A DNA stretch of 63,474 bases, filler included, from Octopus bimaculoides (lineage: Eukaryota): assembly GCF_001194135.2 (NCBI RefSeq). It is 8 parts of 8 records of this genome, joined end to end, with 100 filler letters (N's around TTAATTAATTAA, not from the genome) between each part and the next. Parts side by side here need not be neighbours in the genome. Positions count along the whole stretch, not along the records: positions 1 to 18,014 come from NC_068984.1; positions 18,115 to 24,078 come from NC_068986.1; positions 24,179 to 45,006 come from NC_068985.1; 5 more parts are not named here. One strand, written 5' to 3'. This document shows, one piece after another, positions 12,377 through 24,498 of this stretch (position 1 is the first letter of the stretch; the number at the start of each line of letters is the position of its first letter). A program made the translations under genes and the position numbers. The notes beneath the pieces were generated by a model. That model was given only the letters and a program-made list of their open reading frames with translations, was not told where the DNA came from and ran no database searches.

Positions 12377-12698
12377 CAGTGGTGCTCATCCATTTTTTAT
12401 CTATGGACTCCTTTGAATATTATTTTATTCTTGTGGACCTCCATAAACCATTCGATATTTAAAAACTAGTTTTATACACACTTCTTTCAAAATTCCTGTT
12501 TTGTTTCTAACACACTTCCTTATTTAAGCTAAGAAGAAATGTCAGAGAAAGAAACCAACCGAGTCGTTTCTGGCAATAAATACATCTAACGCAACATAAA
12601 CTAATACCGTGGATCCAATTTACTGTTTTGATTGTGTTGGCCCCAAAATCTTTATATTAGACCCCAAATGTCATATGGACCCCGGTTGAGAACCACTG
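12377..12698. mobile_element. hAT-type MITE
   Basis: TIRs CAGTGGTGCTCATCC / GGTTGAGAACCACTG; 8-bp TSD ATCTAAAG / ATCTAAGG (7 of 8). Confidence 0.85.
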
Positions 12699-13141
12699 AT
12701 CTAAGGTGTCATTATGTTTTTTTTAAACAGCAGGATGAGATATGAGGGAGATTTCACTGCTATTTCTAACAGGCTGAGGATCCACGTAGAAGTTCGCTTA
12801 GTTGTTACTGTTGTTTAAACCCTTGATCAATCTTCATTGAACTAACTTTTTATCAAAGGTGTTCCAGCCGCGACCATCTCGTCTCTTTGTATATCATGGA
12901 CTACATTGTTCAATATATCCTCCTTTAATTAAGACGGTAGATTCTGATTTGAAGGAGAGTTACCTGTTATTTCTAGCATATCGAGCGACCGTATTGAAGC
13001 TTCTTCTTCTGGACAATGTTCAGTTGTGGTGCTTTAACATATATAAATATTTTCCCGAGGTAGACATAGTACCACGTATTGTAGTAGAGGGAGAGAGAGA
13101 GAGGGGGAGAGAGAGGGGGAGAGAGAGAGGAGGAGGAGGAG

Positions 13142-13180
<39 letters not shown>

Positions 13181-13229
13181 NNNNNNNNNNGGGGGAGAGA
13201 GAGGGGGAGAGAGAGAGGAGGAGGAGGAG

Positions 13230-13269
<40 letters not shown>

Positions 13270-13283
13270 GATATGAACTGGAC

Positions 13284-13595
13284 CTCCGTCGGTTACGACG
13301 ACGCGGGTTCCAGTTGATCCAATCAATGGAACAACCTGCTTGTGAAATTAATGTTCAAATGATTGAGTACTCCGCAGACATGTGTACCCTTAACGTAGTT
13401 CTTAAGTAGATTCAGCTTGACACAGAATGTGACAAGGCTGGCCCCTTTGAATTACAGGTACAACTCATTCTTGCCATGTGAATGAACAGGAGAAACGTGA
13501 AATAAAATGTCTTGCTTAAGGACGCAACGACCCACTGGGTATCGAACCCATGACCTTACGGTTGTGAGCTGGATACGCTAACCACTTAGCTACAA
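13284..13595 (-). mobile_element. SINE family C/D-like
   Basis: rc of the CGTCGTAACCGACGGAG tail and of a tRNA-like head (GGGTTCGATACCC); homologous to 22801-23185. Confidence 0.75.
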
Positions 13596-13599
13596 ACCA

Positions 13600-13952
13600 A
13601 TAGACTACAGGAGGTAACTTGTAAAATCGATCCCGAAAGAATTAAAGATATAATCGATCGGCGGGACTTGGATTCAGGACACAACAATACATCAGATACC
13701 ACAAGGTACTATGTCCGATGCTCCACCGATTCTGTTATTCCACCACCTTTAGATACATAAGTATATTTATTTCTATCATAGGCAGAAAGCCACACACTTG
13801 TTGGGTGGTGGGGAGTGACAGTCGATTATAACAATTCCAATACATAACTGGTATTTACTTATATCGACCTTCCACCCCCAAAAGAATGGAAGATAAAATT
13901 GATTTCAATTTCAAACTTGGAGTCTGACGCTCTATCGATTCTGCCAATCCAC
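13600..13952 (-). mobile_element. Two diverged SINE family A copies
   Basis: ATCGATCCCGAAAGAAT / ATCGACCTT...GGAAGATAAAATTGA and GATTCTGCCAA motifs. Confidence 0.6.
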
Positions 13953-15107
13953 ACACTGATTAATTTTACAGAAATATATTCACCATCATCATAGTCGTCG
14001 TCGTCGTCACCACCACCACCACCACCACCACCACCACCACCACCTCTCCCGAAGACTCGTACTGAGGCTAGTTTGAGAGGTTTCTGTAGTTACGACCTCG
14101 ATATCGAGATTGAGATTTGAGCTGGTGTAAGCTTTAGATTGTAGAGTGAGATCTGGGAAGCGATACTGTCTAAACAAGAGTAACTCACTTTTCTGTTTTA
14201 GGTGTCGAAAATGTTCATGTCCTATTACTCAACGTTGGGAAATGCGTGTGTGGGGTGGGTGGGGGGAGGTTATGTATCTTCTGAGTTCAAATTCCACCGA
14301 GGTCGACTTTGCCTTTCATCCTTTCGGGATCGATAAAATAAGTACCAGTTGAACAGTAAGGTACCAGCAACATCTGCAACCAAAAGAACAACAGCAACAA
14401 CAACAAGAACATCGACCATAACAAAGTTTGTAGTGAGAGGACGACCCATGAGTTGATAATCTTTTGCTGGAATGGCAGCGAAATCATCACAATACTTCTC
14501 ACCCTCCCTAAAAAGCTCGGTACACCTTATTGGCGAAACGTCATGTAAAGGTGAATGGAAAGAGAGCATAAGTTACCCTCTAAACCCGAAGTTTTGATAG
14601 CAACTATCCGGAAGACGCTAGTATATGACTGTGTCGATTAAAGCTTGAACTCCACATGGGAAACGGCACAAACCCCGACGGAAAGAGCCATGAAAGAAAT
14701 ATGGGTGGATGTAGATCATGTGACCAGAGCAAGGCAGTTTGGGAAGCTTTTCTAATCGCACACTGCTTCCGTTGTATATAACGAATTTTATTCAACCGGA
14801 CGGCCATTTGCATCAACAACAACAACAACATAACGATTGTTTAATTATATTCGAGTCGATTATTTTTCTTTCGTTCTTTGTTTCTTCTCTAAAATATTCT
14901 TTCTTTCTTTCTTCTTCTTTGGTTTTTTTTTTTGTCCAGTTTCGTGTGAACGATCAAAGTTTCCTCTCAAAATACCTGTCACTCCAACCAAACACTTATG
15001 TCTCCCAAACTTTTTACAAACTTAGCCCAGACCCTAAAATACACATTTTGCTGGCCCTTCTTACCTCCTCCACTACTACAAACACCACCAGTACTAACAT
15101 CATCACA

Positions 15108-15151
<44 letters not shown>

Positions 15152-15254
15152 CACTCGGTTGACAGGAAAACCGCAACTGAGTCAGCCTACAATGAATCTT
15201 CGTGCCATCACAAGCGAGGGAAATTACAGAAGCTGCGATATTTCATTGTCGTAA

Positions 15255-15458
15255 GGCGGCGACCTGGCAGAACCGTGAGCACGCCGGGCGAAATGCTTAG
15301 CGATATTTCGTCCACCTTTACGTTCTGAGTTCAAATTCCGCCGAGGTCGATTTTGTCTTTCGGGGTCGATAAATTAGGTACCAGTCGCGTACTGAGGTCG
15401 ATCTAATCGACTGGCCTCCTCCCCATGAATTTAGGGTCTTGTGCCTAGAGTAGAAAAA
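15255..15458 (+). mobile_element. SINE family A, near full length
   Basis: GGCGGCGACCTGGCAGAACC...GAGTTCAAATTCCGCCGAGGTCGA...TGTGCCTAGAGTAGAAAAAG. Confidence 0.9.
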
Positions 15459-17252
15459 GATATTTCATTGTGGCTGATGCGCATGATACGTTGCAACATC
15501 GAAAGGTACGCCGCCCAGACCGGCACGTCGAAGTTACGTCGTTTGTGCTTCCAAGAACCCTGAGACTTCATTTGTGTTTCAGGACGAAAATAACCCACAG
15601 TACTTATACACGAAATTTGTTTAAATAGCTGGTGGTTTAGGGTGCTCAGTGTGTCCCTAGGTGTTAGTGAACTCCGTTGTCGCACCTCTACGCCGCGTCG
15701 ATCTGTGCGCTCCTTCGAGATGCGAAGCAGAGTGGACACGTCACTTCGGTTGTGACTAACGCAGCGCGGGTGCGAATATCATGATACTTCTCGCCATTCT
15801 TTTGGAGAGGAATCACAGACGGGCGGTTGGATGAGGAACGTGGAACCAGATACGAACCACAGCCATCGACAGGGCTGCAGGAGGTGAGAGAGTGGAAGCC
15901 TTATGTGCCACGAGGCACGAAAAGAAATAAAAACAAGAAACGCTTGTGTGACACGAGTGCCCCTCTCTAAATGTTCAAAGCTATAGAAGCAGGCAAGGAT
16001 AGGCTGAGGCTACAAACACGGTGCTTCTTTCTTGCTTGCTGCGTGTCAGTGCGCGCGCACAGGCACATATACTTACTTTTGGATAGCCGTTTAACCCATT
16101 TGAGGTCTTTGGCCTTCTGGTGGGTTTTGTTTTTCTTTCTACAGGAAGTCCAAATCCTCTCTTATTTTACTAAGCATCTAGGCGGGTGTGATTGTTGATT
16201 TACTTACGGACGAGCCGACCATGTTCAGATTGTTCGGTTTACATGGCTACCAGTTGTTGGTCTCTGGTTATCGGTTCTTTGACCAACCTGACATATGTAC
16301 CTCTCTCTCTCCCTCTCTCTCTCTCTCNNNNNNNNNNNNNNNNNNNNNNNNNNNNNNNNNNNNNNNNNNNNNNNNNNNNNNNNNNNNNNNNNNNNNNNNN
16401 NNNNNNNNNNNNNNNNNNNNNNNNNNNNNNNNNNNNNNNNNNNNNNNNNNNNNNNNNNNNNNNNNNNNNNNNNNNNNNNNNNNNNNNNNNNNNNNNNNNN
16501 NNNNNNNNNNNNNNNNNNNNNNNNNNNNNNNNNNNNNNNNNNNNNNNNNNNNNNNNNNNNNNNNNNNNNNNNNNNNNNNNNNNNNNNNNNNNNNNNNNNN
16601 NNNNNNNNNNNNNNNNNNNNNNNNNNNNNNNNNNNNNNNNNNNNNNNNNNNNNNNNNNNNNNNNNNNNNNNNNNNNNNNNNNNNNNNNNNNNNNNNNNNN
16701 NNNNNNNNNNNNNNNNNNNNNNNNNNNNNNNNNNNNNNNNNNNNNNNNNNNNNNNNNNNNNNNNNNNNNNNNNNNNNNNNNNNNNNNNNNNNNNNNNNNN
16801 NNNNNNNNNNNNNNNNNNNNNNNNNNNNNNNNNNNNNNNNNNNNNNNNNNNNNNNNNNNNNNNNNNNNNNNNNNNNNNNNNNNNNNNNNNNNNNNNNNNN
16901 NNNNNNNNNNNNNNNNNNNNNNNNNNNNNNNNNNNNNNNNNNNNNNNNNNNNNNNNNNNNNNNNNNNNNNNNNNNNNNNNNNNNNNNNNNNNNNNNNNNN
17001 NNNNNNNNNNNNNNNNNNNNNNNNNNNNNNNNNNNNNNNNNNNNNNNNNNNNNNNNNNNNNNNNNNNNNNNNNNNNNNNNNNNNNNNNNNNNNNNNNNNN
17101 NNNNNNNNNNNNNNNNNNNNNNNNNNNNNNNNNNNNNNNNNNNNNNNNNNNNNNNNNNNNNNNNNNNNNNNNNNNNNNNNNNNNNNNNNNNNNNNNNNNN
17201 NNNNNNNNNNNNNNNNNNNNNNNNNNNNNNNNNNNNNNNNNNNNNNNNNNNN

Positions 17253-17294
<42 letters not shown>

Positions 17295-17427
17295 CAAAGA
17301 GAGAGTCCACACAGCTTAATTGCATGGCCTTCGTGATTGCAATTCCTATTCAATCTATTAAATTCACTTAGTAAGTGTGACTTTACGATATTTCAATATT
17401 TTGTCGTTAGTATTGTGGCTATGTAAG

Positions 17428-17638
17428 GCGGCGAGCTGGTAGAAACGTTTGCGCGCCGGGTCAAATGCTTAGCGGTATTTCGTCTGCCGTTACGTTCTGA
17501 GTTCAAATTCCGCCGAGGTCAATTTTGCCTTTCATCCTTTCGGGGTCGATATATTAAGTATCAGCTGCGTACTGGGATGGATCAAATCGACTGGCCCCGT
17601 CCCCCAAAATCTCGGGCCTTGTGCCTAGAGTAGAAAAG
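17428..17638 (+). mobile_element. SINE family A, full length
   Basis: Complete head, central domain and CCTTGTGCCTAGAGTAGAAAAG tail. Confidence 0.9.
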
Positions 17639-18058
17639 TATTGTGGCTTTGTATGCATGTCTAGTCTGATTTATATAATGTTCCAAAGCTAAAACATTCT
17701 TTCCCTTATCCTACGTATTGACATAATCTACTTGTATAATTTACAAATATTCCATACAGTCAAAGCTGAAGTTCGACGCTTCGCGTAGAATCCTTTCATC
17801 AAAGAGAAAAGAATTGTCTATCTCGGTTGATTTATAAGTTAACTGAGGTTAGTGAGAAAGTGAGAGGGAGAGAGAGAGAGAGAATGAGTGAGAGAGAAAT
17901 GGAAAGAAAGGACCCATTTCCTTTCCTTACCAGCACATCACTTCTCATCATTTTTACGGGAACGTTATACTCCTCTTATGTATGTATGTACGTACGTATG
18001 TATGTTTATATATANNNNNNNNNNNNNNNNNNNNNNNNNNNNNNNNNNNNNNNNNNNN

Positions 18059-18070
18059 TTAATTAATTAA
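18059..18070. other. Artificial scaffold linker TTAATTAATTAA inside a 100-nt gap; also at 24123, 45051, 50109, 56188, 58782, 61615
   Basis: Identical 12-mer with stops in all six frames, centred between N runs seven times. Confidence 0.9.
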
Positions 18071-18399
18071 NNNNNNNNNNNNNNNNNNNNNNNNNNNNNN
18101 NNNNNNNNNNNNNNATAGACAGACAAACAGAAATATGCGTATGTGTAGGATATAATATGTAAATATATAAATATTGCTATATTCGTTATTCTTAAACAAG
18201 AATATTATTGACAGTCACTTCGAAGTTTCGACTAAACAATCTATCGTCGGACTGCGACTCCTTGAAGTAAATATTTTCCTTTTTATAGTTTCCGTTAAAA
18301 TCTTCCTTGAGTATGTGAGAGTTTGAGAGGGGTCATAATTAGGTTATGGGGTGGATTTTGATAGAGAGGTGGTTTAGAGAAATTTCTATTGATTAAATC

Positions 18400-18535
18400 A
18401 AACTCCGCCGAGGTCGACTTTGCCTTTCATCCTTTCGGGATCGATAAACTAAGTACCAATTGTGCAGTGGGGTCGATCTAATCGACAAACCCCCTCACCC
18501 AAAATTTCGGACCTTGTGCAAAGAGTAGAAAAGAA
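18400..18535 (+). mobile_element. SINE family A, 3' half
   Basis: CCGCCGAGGTCGACTTTGCCTTTCATCCTTTCGGGATCGATAAA...GAGTAGAAAAG. Confidence 0.85.
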
Positions 18536-18715
18536 TAAGCTGTTCACCAACATCATCGAAACTACCGCAAGACATAGTTATGCCTTTAACCGGAAATGAT
18601 CAGAAGGTCTCTTCGTAACCACGTGATTACGGTTCGATTCCATTGCACAGTACCTTGGCTCTCCAAACATCACTTTTTTTTTCTCTTTTTTTACCGGAAA
18701 TACTCTACGATACTT

Positions 18716-19267
18716 AAAGTGATAGCATATTGTCAACTTAATGTGACAGTCCCATAAAAGGGAAGAATGCTACTGTTATTTAGCCCTAGGAAACAGCGTT
18801 TCCTGTCGGACTTGACACATTTCCTGTGCCCTTTTGTTTTCAAAGTGGAGACAAGCGCCTCCACTCAACAAAACCAGCATCCAGAGACTAGTTTCAGAAT
18901 CATTGCTCATCATCGTGAGTCTGGAGTAGCATGGCTTGCTAGCTGTCGATGCCTATGTGTATATATCATTTCTATTTTCAACAATCAGTGAATGTATTTC
19001 ACTTGGAATATATATGTTTTCAAAGGCAGATAGGCATCGACAGATATCAAACCATGCTACTCCAGACTGATGATGAGCAATGACTCTGAAACTAGTCTCT
19101 GGTTGCTGGCTTTGCTGAGTGGAGGCGCTTGTCACCACTTTGAAAACATAAGGACACAGGAAATGCGTCAAGTCCAATAGGAAACGGTGTTTCCTAGGGC
19201 TAAATAACAGTAGCATTCTTCCCTTTTATGGGACTGTCACATTAAGTTGACAACATGCTACCATTTT
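18716..19267. mobile_element. Foldback element with ~240-bp inverted arms, each carrying a hammerhead-like motif
   Basis: Arms ~18716-18958 and ~19027-19267 are reverse complements with about 16-20 differences by eye; partial homolog at ~60990-61125. Confidence 0.85.
19062..19102 (+). ncRNA. Minimal type I hammerhead ribozyme candidate
   Basis: CCAGA-CTGATGA-T GAG CAATGA CTC T-GAAA-CTAG-TC-TCTGG: 5-bp helix I, intact core, palindromic helix III loop, GUC site; U.U at the first helix II position. Confidence 0.6.
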
Positions 19268-20578
19268 ATCATGGTGCTACTGCATAAATCTGTCTGAGAG
19301 ATTTAGAAACATATCATTTCTACACTACGGTATTTGTTTTACACCGAGTTACAGACACTCCCTTGGAACTTTCGTTGGCAGAAATACAAAAATATTCTGG
19401 AACTTTAGCATTCATACAGTTAGGCGACAGATTTTTCATGAAAAACTAGATATTTATTTTACATTATGAAAATAACAACTCATTAAATTATTATTGATCT
19501 GGTGATGCCGAATGGTTATTAGGTTGAACAGAATCGAGCTGAAGCTAAGCAATCAGATATTATTCTTGAATTAAAAACAGTATGGCAATTAATGAATGTA
19601 CCCATTGACCCGTTCTTAATTAGTGCAACAAGAGTAATATACGATGTAATATATACGATGTAATATATACGAGCAATAATGTAACATAAAACACAATACA
19701 CATTACGTCAAACAAGTGTGTAGGAACGCGCGCGCAGGCACAAACACACTCACACACACTCACACATGCGCACATATACATTTACACATGCTCACACATA
19801 CACACCAACGCACGCGCGCGCGCGTACGCATACATACACGCCACACGTTAACACTTACACCCTCTCTTTCACTTTTTCCCTTACCTCTGTTTTCCCTGTC
19901 TCTTTCTCTCTCTCTCTCCCTCCCCACCGCTCCCCCCTTCCCCTCTCTCTCTTCCCACTTCTCTCTCTCTCCCTTTCCCCTTGCTCTCTTTCTCTCTCAA
20001 TCTTCTCCATTATTCTCTAAAAAGAACTTATATAACAATAACGGTATTCAACCNNNNNNNNNNNNNNNNNNNNNNNNNNNNNNNNNNNNNNNNNNNNNNN
20101 NNNNNNNNNNNNNNNNNNNNNNNNNNNNNNNNNNNNNNNNNNNNNNNNNNNNNNNNNNNNNNNNNNNNNNNNNNNNNNNNNNNNNNNNNNNNNNNNNNNN
20201 NNNNNNNNNNNNNNNNNNNNNNNNNNNNNNNNNNNNNNNNNNNNNNNNNNNNNNNNNNNNNNNNNNNNNNNNNNNNNNNNNNNNNNNNNNNNNNNNNNNN
20301 NNNNNNNNNNNNNNNNNNNNNNNNNNNNNNNNNNNNNNNNNNNNNNNNNNNNNNNNNNNNNNNNNNNNNNNNNNNNNNNNNNNNNNNNNNNNNNNNNNNN
20401 NNNNNNNNNNNNNNNNNNNNNNNNNNNNNNNNNNNNNNNNNNNNNNNNNNNNNNNNNNNNNNNNNNNNNNNNNNNNNNNNNNNNNNNNNNNNNNNNNNNN
20501 NNNNNNNNNNNNNNNNNNNNNNNNNNNNNNNNNNNNNNNNNNNNNNNNNNNNNNNNNNNNNNNNNNNNNNNNNNNNNN

Positions 20579-20607
<29 letters not shown>

Positions 20608-20610
<3 letters not shown>

Positions 20611-21035
20611 GCTGTGTGGTAAGCAGCTTGCTTACCAACCATATGGTTCCGGGTTCAGTCTCACTGCCTGACACCTTGGGCAAGTGCCTGCTTCTATAGC
20701 CTCGGGCCGACCAAAGCCTTGTGAGTGGATCTGGTAGACGGAAAGTGAAAGAAGCCCGTCGTATATATGTATGTATATACATATATGTATGTATATATGT
20801 ATACATATATGCATGTGTGTGTATATGTTTGTGTCTGCATTTATCCCCCAACATCGCTTGACAACCGACAGTGATGTGTTTATGTCCCCGACATCTAGCG
20901 GTTCGGCAAAAGAGACCGATAGAATAAGTACTAGGCTTACAAAGACTAAGTCCTGGGGTCGATTTCTTCGACTAAAAAAGGCGGTGCTCCAGCATGGCTG
21001 TAGTCAAATGACTGAAATAAGTAAAAGAGAGTAAA
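20608..21035 (+). mobile_element. SINE family B, full length (head, internal TA/TG microsatellite, tail)
   Basis: GTGGCTGTGTGGTAAGCAGC...GGCAAGTG...GAAAGAAGCCCGTCG...GCGGTTCGGCAAAAGAGACCG...GACTGAAATAAGTAAAAGAG. Confidence 0.9.
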
Positions 21036-21081
21036 AGAGTAATGTGTGTAAACGTGTGTGTGTGCATGTGTGTGTGTGTGT

Positions 21082-21120
<39 letters not shown>

Positions 21121-21124
21121 CGTT

Positions 21125-21320
21125 CCCCTCGACCGCTTGACAACCGGTGTTAGTGTGTTTACGGCCCCATTACTTAGCGGTTCGACAAAAGTGATCGATA
21201 GACTAACTACCAGTCTTTACAAAAAATACTAGGGTTGATTTTTTTCGAGTAAAAGGTCAAGGCGGTGCTCCAGTATGTCCGCAGTCAAAGTTTGAAGCAA
21301 GTAAAAAATATATAAAAGAT
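21125..21320 (+). mobile_element. SINE family B tail module
   Basis: CCGCTTGACAACCGGTG...GGCGGTGCTCCAG. Confidence 0.8.
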
Positions 21321-21680
21321 ACATGAAATAAAAGATTTTTTTTTTCATGGCATCAAAACTCTGTTCTAACGCCCGGGATGTTCCGTTCGAATCGACGCCA
21401 TAAGATTCTGGGTACAGACAGGTCACGTGAGCCAAGCCTAATATTCTCAATTTGGTCTGCGACCAGTTGGACATCTGGCATATGGTACACTGTACACATG
21501 TACAGGTAATGTCAATTAGATGGAGAGAGCGAGTTAATGAGCTAATGTACATCACATACATTTAATCACTGTAAGGAAACTGTCCGCGCATAGTCGTTCA
21601 GCAAAGTGGGATGGCAGTGAAACGATTGTAACTAGTATTAAACTATATTGATGTCTTCATCTCTCTTGTCTCTGCTATAT

Positions 21681-21760
<80 letters not shown>

Positions 21761-22800
21761 ATATATGAGCGTGTGTGTGTGTGTGTGTGTATTTGTATTT
21801 CTATTTCTATTTGTATATCTATGTATGTTTGTATATTAATGAAGAGCCGATGGTAAGAGATAAATTATCTAAGCTTCTATCATAGTTCTTCTTGAGAAAC
21901 TCAGAATTTTCCAAATAAGAAAGAAATGGGAATATTATTTTAAAGAATACATAAAACAATAGTGCAATCGAAGAAGTTAATAAGTATGCTTCCAAAACAA
22001 AAAAAATTAAGTGGCCTTTCTATTATTTGCAACAAAATTCAAACAAAATGAATCGTAAACTCCTCGTATGTCAGACGTCACTGAAATATCAGGAATAAAA
22101 TAAAAACAATAAAAATAAAATAAAAACTTATGTAAGAGTAAATCACCAAAGTGTTTATGAACAAAAGAATCTTCTCACCTCCAACACAAAATAGTTATAT
22201 GGAGACACAAATAGATAATATAAAATATAAGGTGATAGAATAAAAACATGTTTCTCTCGCAGGAGCAGTAAAAAAAAAACAGTAGAAAAACATTCTGAAA
22301 CAAAGTTGAGTAGATAGAGATAACAATAGCAGGAATTTTTAGATACGAATGCCGTCTTTTGATGTTGATAAAAGAACAAATTTGTAGCTGACAACTTTCT
22401 GAGAAGAAACAATTCAAGAGAAGAAGCTAAACGCAACAAAAGAATAATTCAAAACGAACCAAAAAGGATAACGCTAACCACTATGCAGTTGTTGGCCCAC
22501 TTAGAAATAGAAAACTAAATTTCCACCAAAATTAGACTCGACCTTTTTAAATTAAGAAATATTCATTGAACGGTGAGTAGTCTCTGATATACGCTAGGCA
22601 AGAGAGTCACGGATGGGAAGCCTTTGATTATACGTAGATATATTCCAGTAGTTCTAAACCATTTTATTTTTATCTGTTGGTCCCGTTGATCATTATTTTA
22701 TTCTGCTGCTTCTCCCCTTGACCAATCGATGTTTAAAAGCTAATTTTATAGATGTTATTACAGAGTTCCTACTTTGTTTATCATACATTTATTTGTGTAA

Positions 22801-23185
22801 GTTGGAGGCGCAATGGCCCAGTGGTTAGGGCAGCAGACTCGCGGTCGTAGGATCGCGGTTTCGATTCCCGGACCGAGCGTTGTGAGTGTTTATTGAGCGA
22901 AAACACCTAAAGCTCCACGAGGCTCCGGCAGGGGATGGTGGCGAACCCTGCTGTACTCTTTCACCACAACTTTTTCTCACTCTTACTTCCTGTTTCTGTT
23001 GTGCCTGTAATTCAAAGGGTCAGCCTTGTTACACTGTGTCACGCTGAATATCCCCGAGAACTACATTAAGGGTACACGTGTCTGTGGAGTGCTCAGCCAC
23101 TTACGCGTTAATTTCACGAGCAGGCTGTTCCGTTGATCGGATCAGCTGGAACCCGCGACGTCGTAAGCGACGGAGTGCCAACAAC
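22801..23185 (+). mobile_element. tRNA-derived SINE family C, full length
   Basis: A/B-box head GGCCCAGTGGTTAGG...GGTTTCGATTCCC; tail CGTCGTAAGCGACGGAGTGCCAACAACAA. Confidence 0.9.
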
Positions 23186-23247
23186 AATTTGTGCAGGTTA
23201 AACTGTAAAATGACAGAGAACAAAACTCAGCTGCGTCTTGTAATAAA

Positions 23248-23866
23248 TACGAGGTCAGATCAATAAGTATCAAGACTGTTGCCATAGTAACCAAGCTAAA
23301 GTACACAGAGTAAAGCCGCTTGGCAGAGAGTGACCTTAAACTCTGCTATGCATGCGCACTACCTTTTAACGTTCTTGCTCAAATCTGCTGCTTACAGTGC
23401 TTAGAAGGAAGGTGTGTAGCTTGTGTTCGTCGCATTGACCATGACAGAGAAAGCTGTGATGGCGATACCTGCTCAGAGGCCTACGCAAAGTTGCAGAAAG
23501 TGTATGGAAAGGAGTGTATGATCCGCACACAAGTGTACAAGGGGTTCAGACGTTTCCAAGATGGCCAAAAAAATGTCGATATTGACGAACGTTCTGAGAG
23601 ATCTGCAACCAACAGAACTCAGAAAAATATCGCAGATATGCATGCAGCTGTGAGGGGAAATCGTCGAATCACCATCCATGAGTTAACTGAGGGTATGCAG
23701 ATTAGTTACGGTTCAGTTCAGTCCTTTATCACTAAAGATTTGGGTATGAGCTGTGTGTCTGCCAAGGTTGTGCCCAAACTGCTTTCAGCTGATCAAAAAG
23801 ACACTCGGGTTTCAGTTGCACAAGATGTCCTTGATTGCGTCAAGAACTATGAAAACTTTTTGAAAA
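23248..23866 (+). mobile_element. mariner transposon 5' part (TIR plus N-terminal transposase), 3'-truncated
   Basis: TIR-like TACGAGGTCAGATCAATAAG; ORF with YKGFRRFQDG...RRITIHEL...SAKVVPKLL (WVPxxL-type linker). Confidence 0.9.
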
Positions 23867-24179
23867 ACTTTCCGTATCATCTTTTCGGAGCAGATACGAT
23901 AAGTACCGATCAAGCACTAGAGTTGCTGTAATTGACAAGACCCGGCCCCCAAAATTTCACCGAGCAAAATCCTGAGCAACATTTCGTCTGTCTTTACGTT
24001 CAGAGTTCAAATTCCGCCGAAATTCACTTTGCCTTTCACCCTTTCGAGGTAGATAAAATAAATACCAATTGAAAAAAGNNNNNNNNNNNNNNNNNNNNNN
24101 NNNNNNNNNNNNNNNNNNNNNNTTAATTAATTAANNNNNNNNNNNNNNNNNNNNNNNNNNNNNNNNNNNNNNNNNNNNT

Positions 24180-24372
24180 GAGGGAAAAAAGTCAGATCGT
24201 GTGAATTTTCCGAAACTCCTCTCTCCACTCCCTCGGAAAAATTCTTTCCTATAAATCTCTACATATTCTGAAGCCGCAACATCTAAGCGGTATTTGTAGA
24301 AAATTTTGTTAAAAAGTATCCATTTTTCTGGCTGTCAGGAGGCAACAAAGTCGGAGGCGTGTACACCTGTAG
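24180..24372 (+). mobile_element. Partial arm of the foldback family at 43770-44458
   Basis: GTGAATTTTCCGAAACTCCTCTC...CATTTTTCTGG...ACAAAGTCGG...ACACCTGTA matches 44275-44458. Confidence 0.7.
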
Positions 24373-24436
24373 TAATGCCCTTTTGTTTATACGATTTTTT
24401 TCATTTCATGTTTATTTCATTCATTGTTTGCAATGT

Positions 24437-24498
<62 letters not shown>

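Noticed and set aside
12963-13030. Minus-strand exon candidate with AACAG|GTAACT donor
   Set aside because: The CTGCTATTTCTAGCA-type sequence recurs at ~5940, 12755, 35200 and 42000; it is a dispersed repeat.
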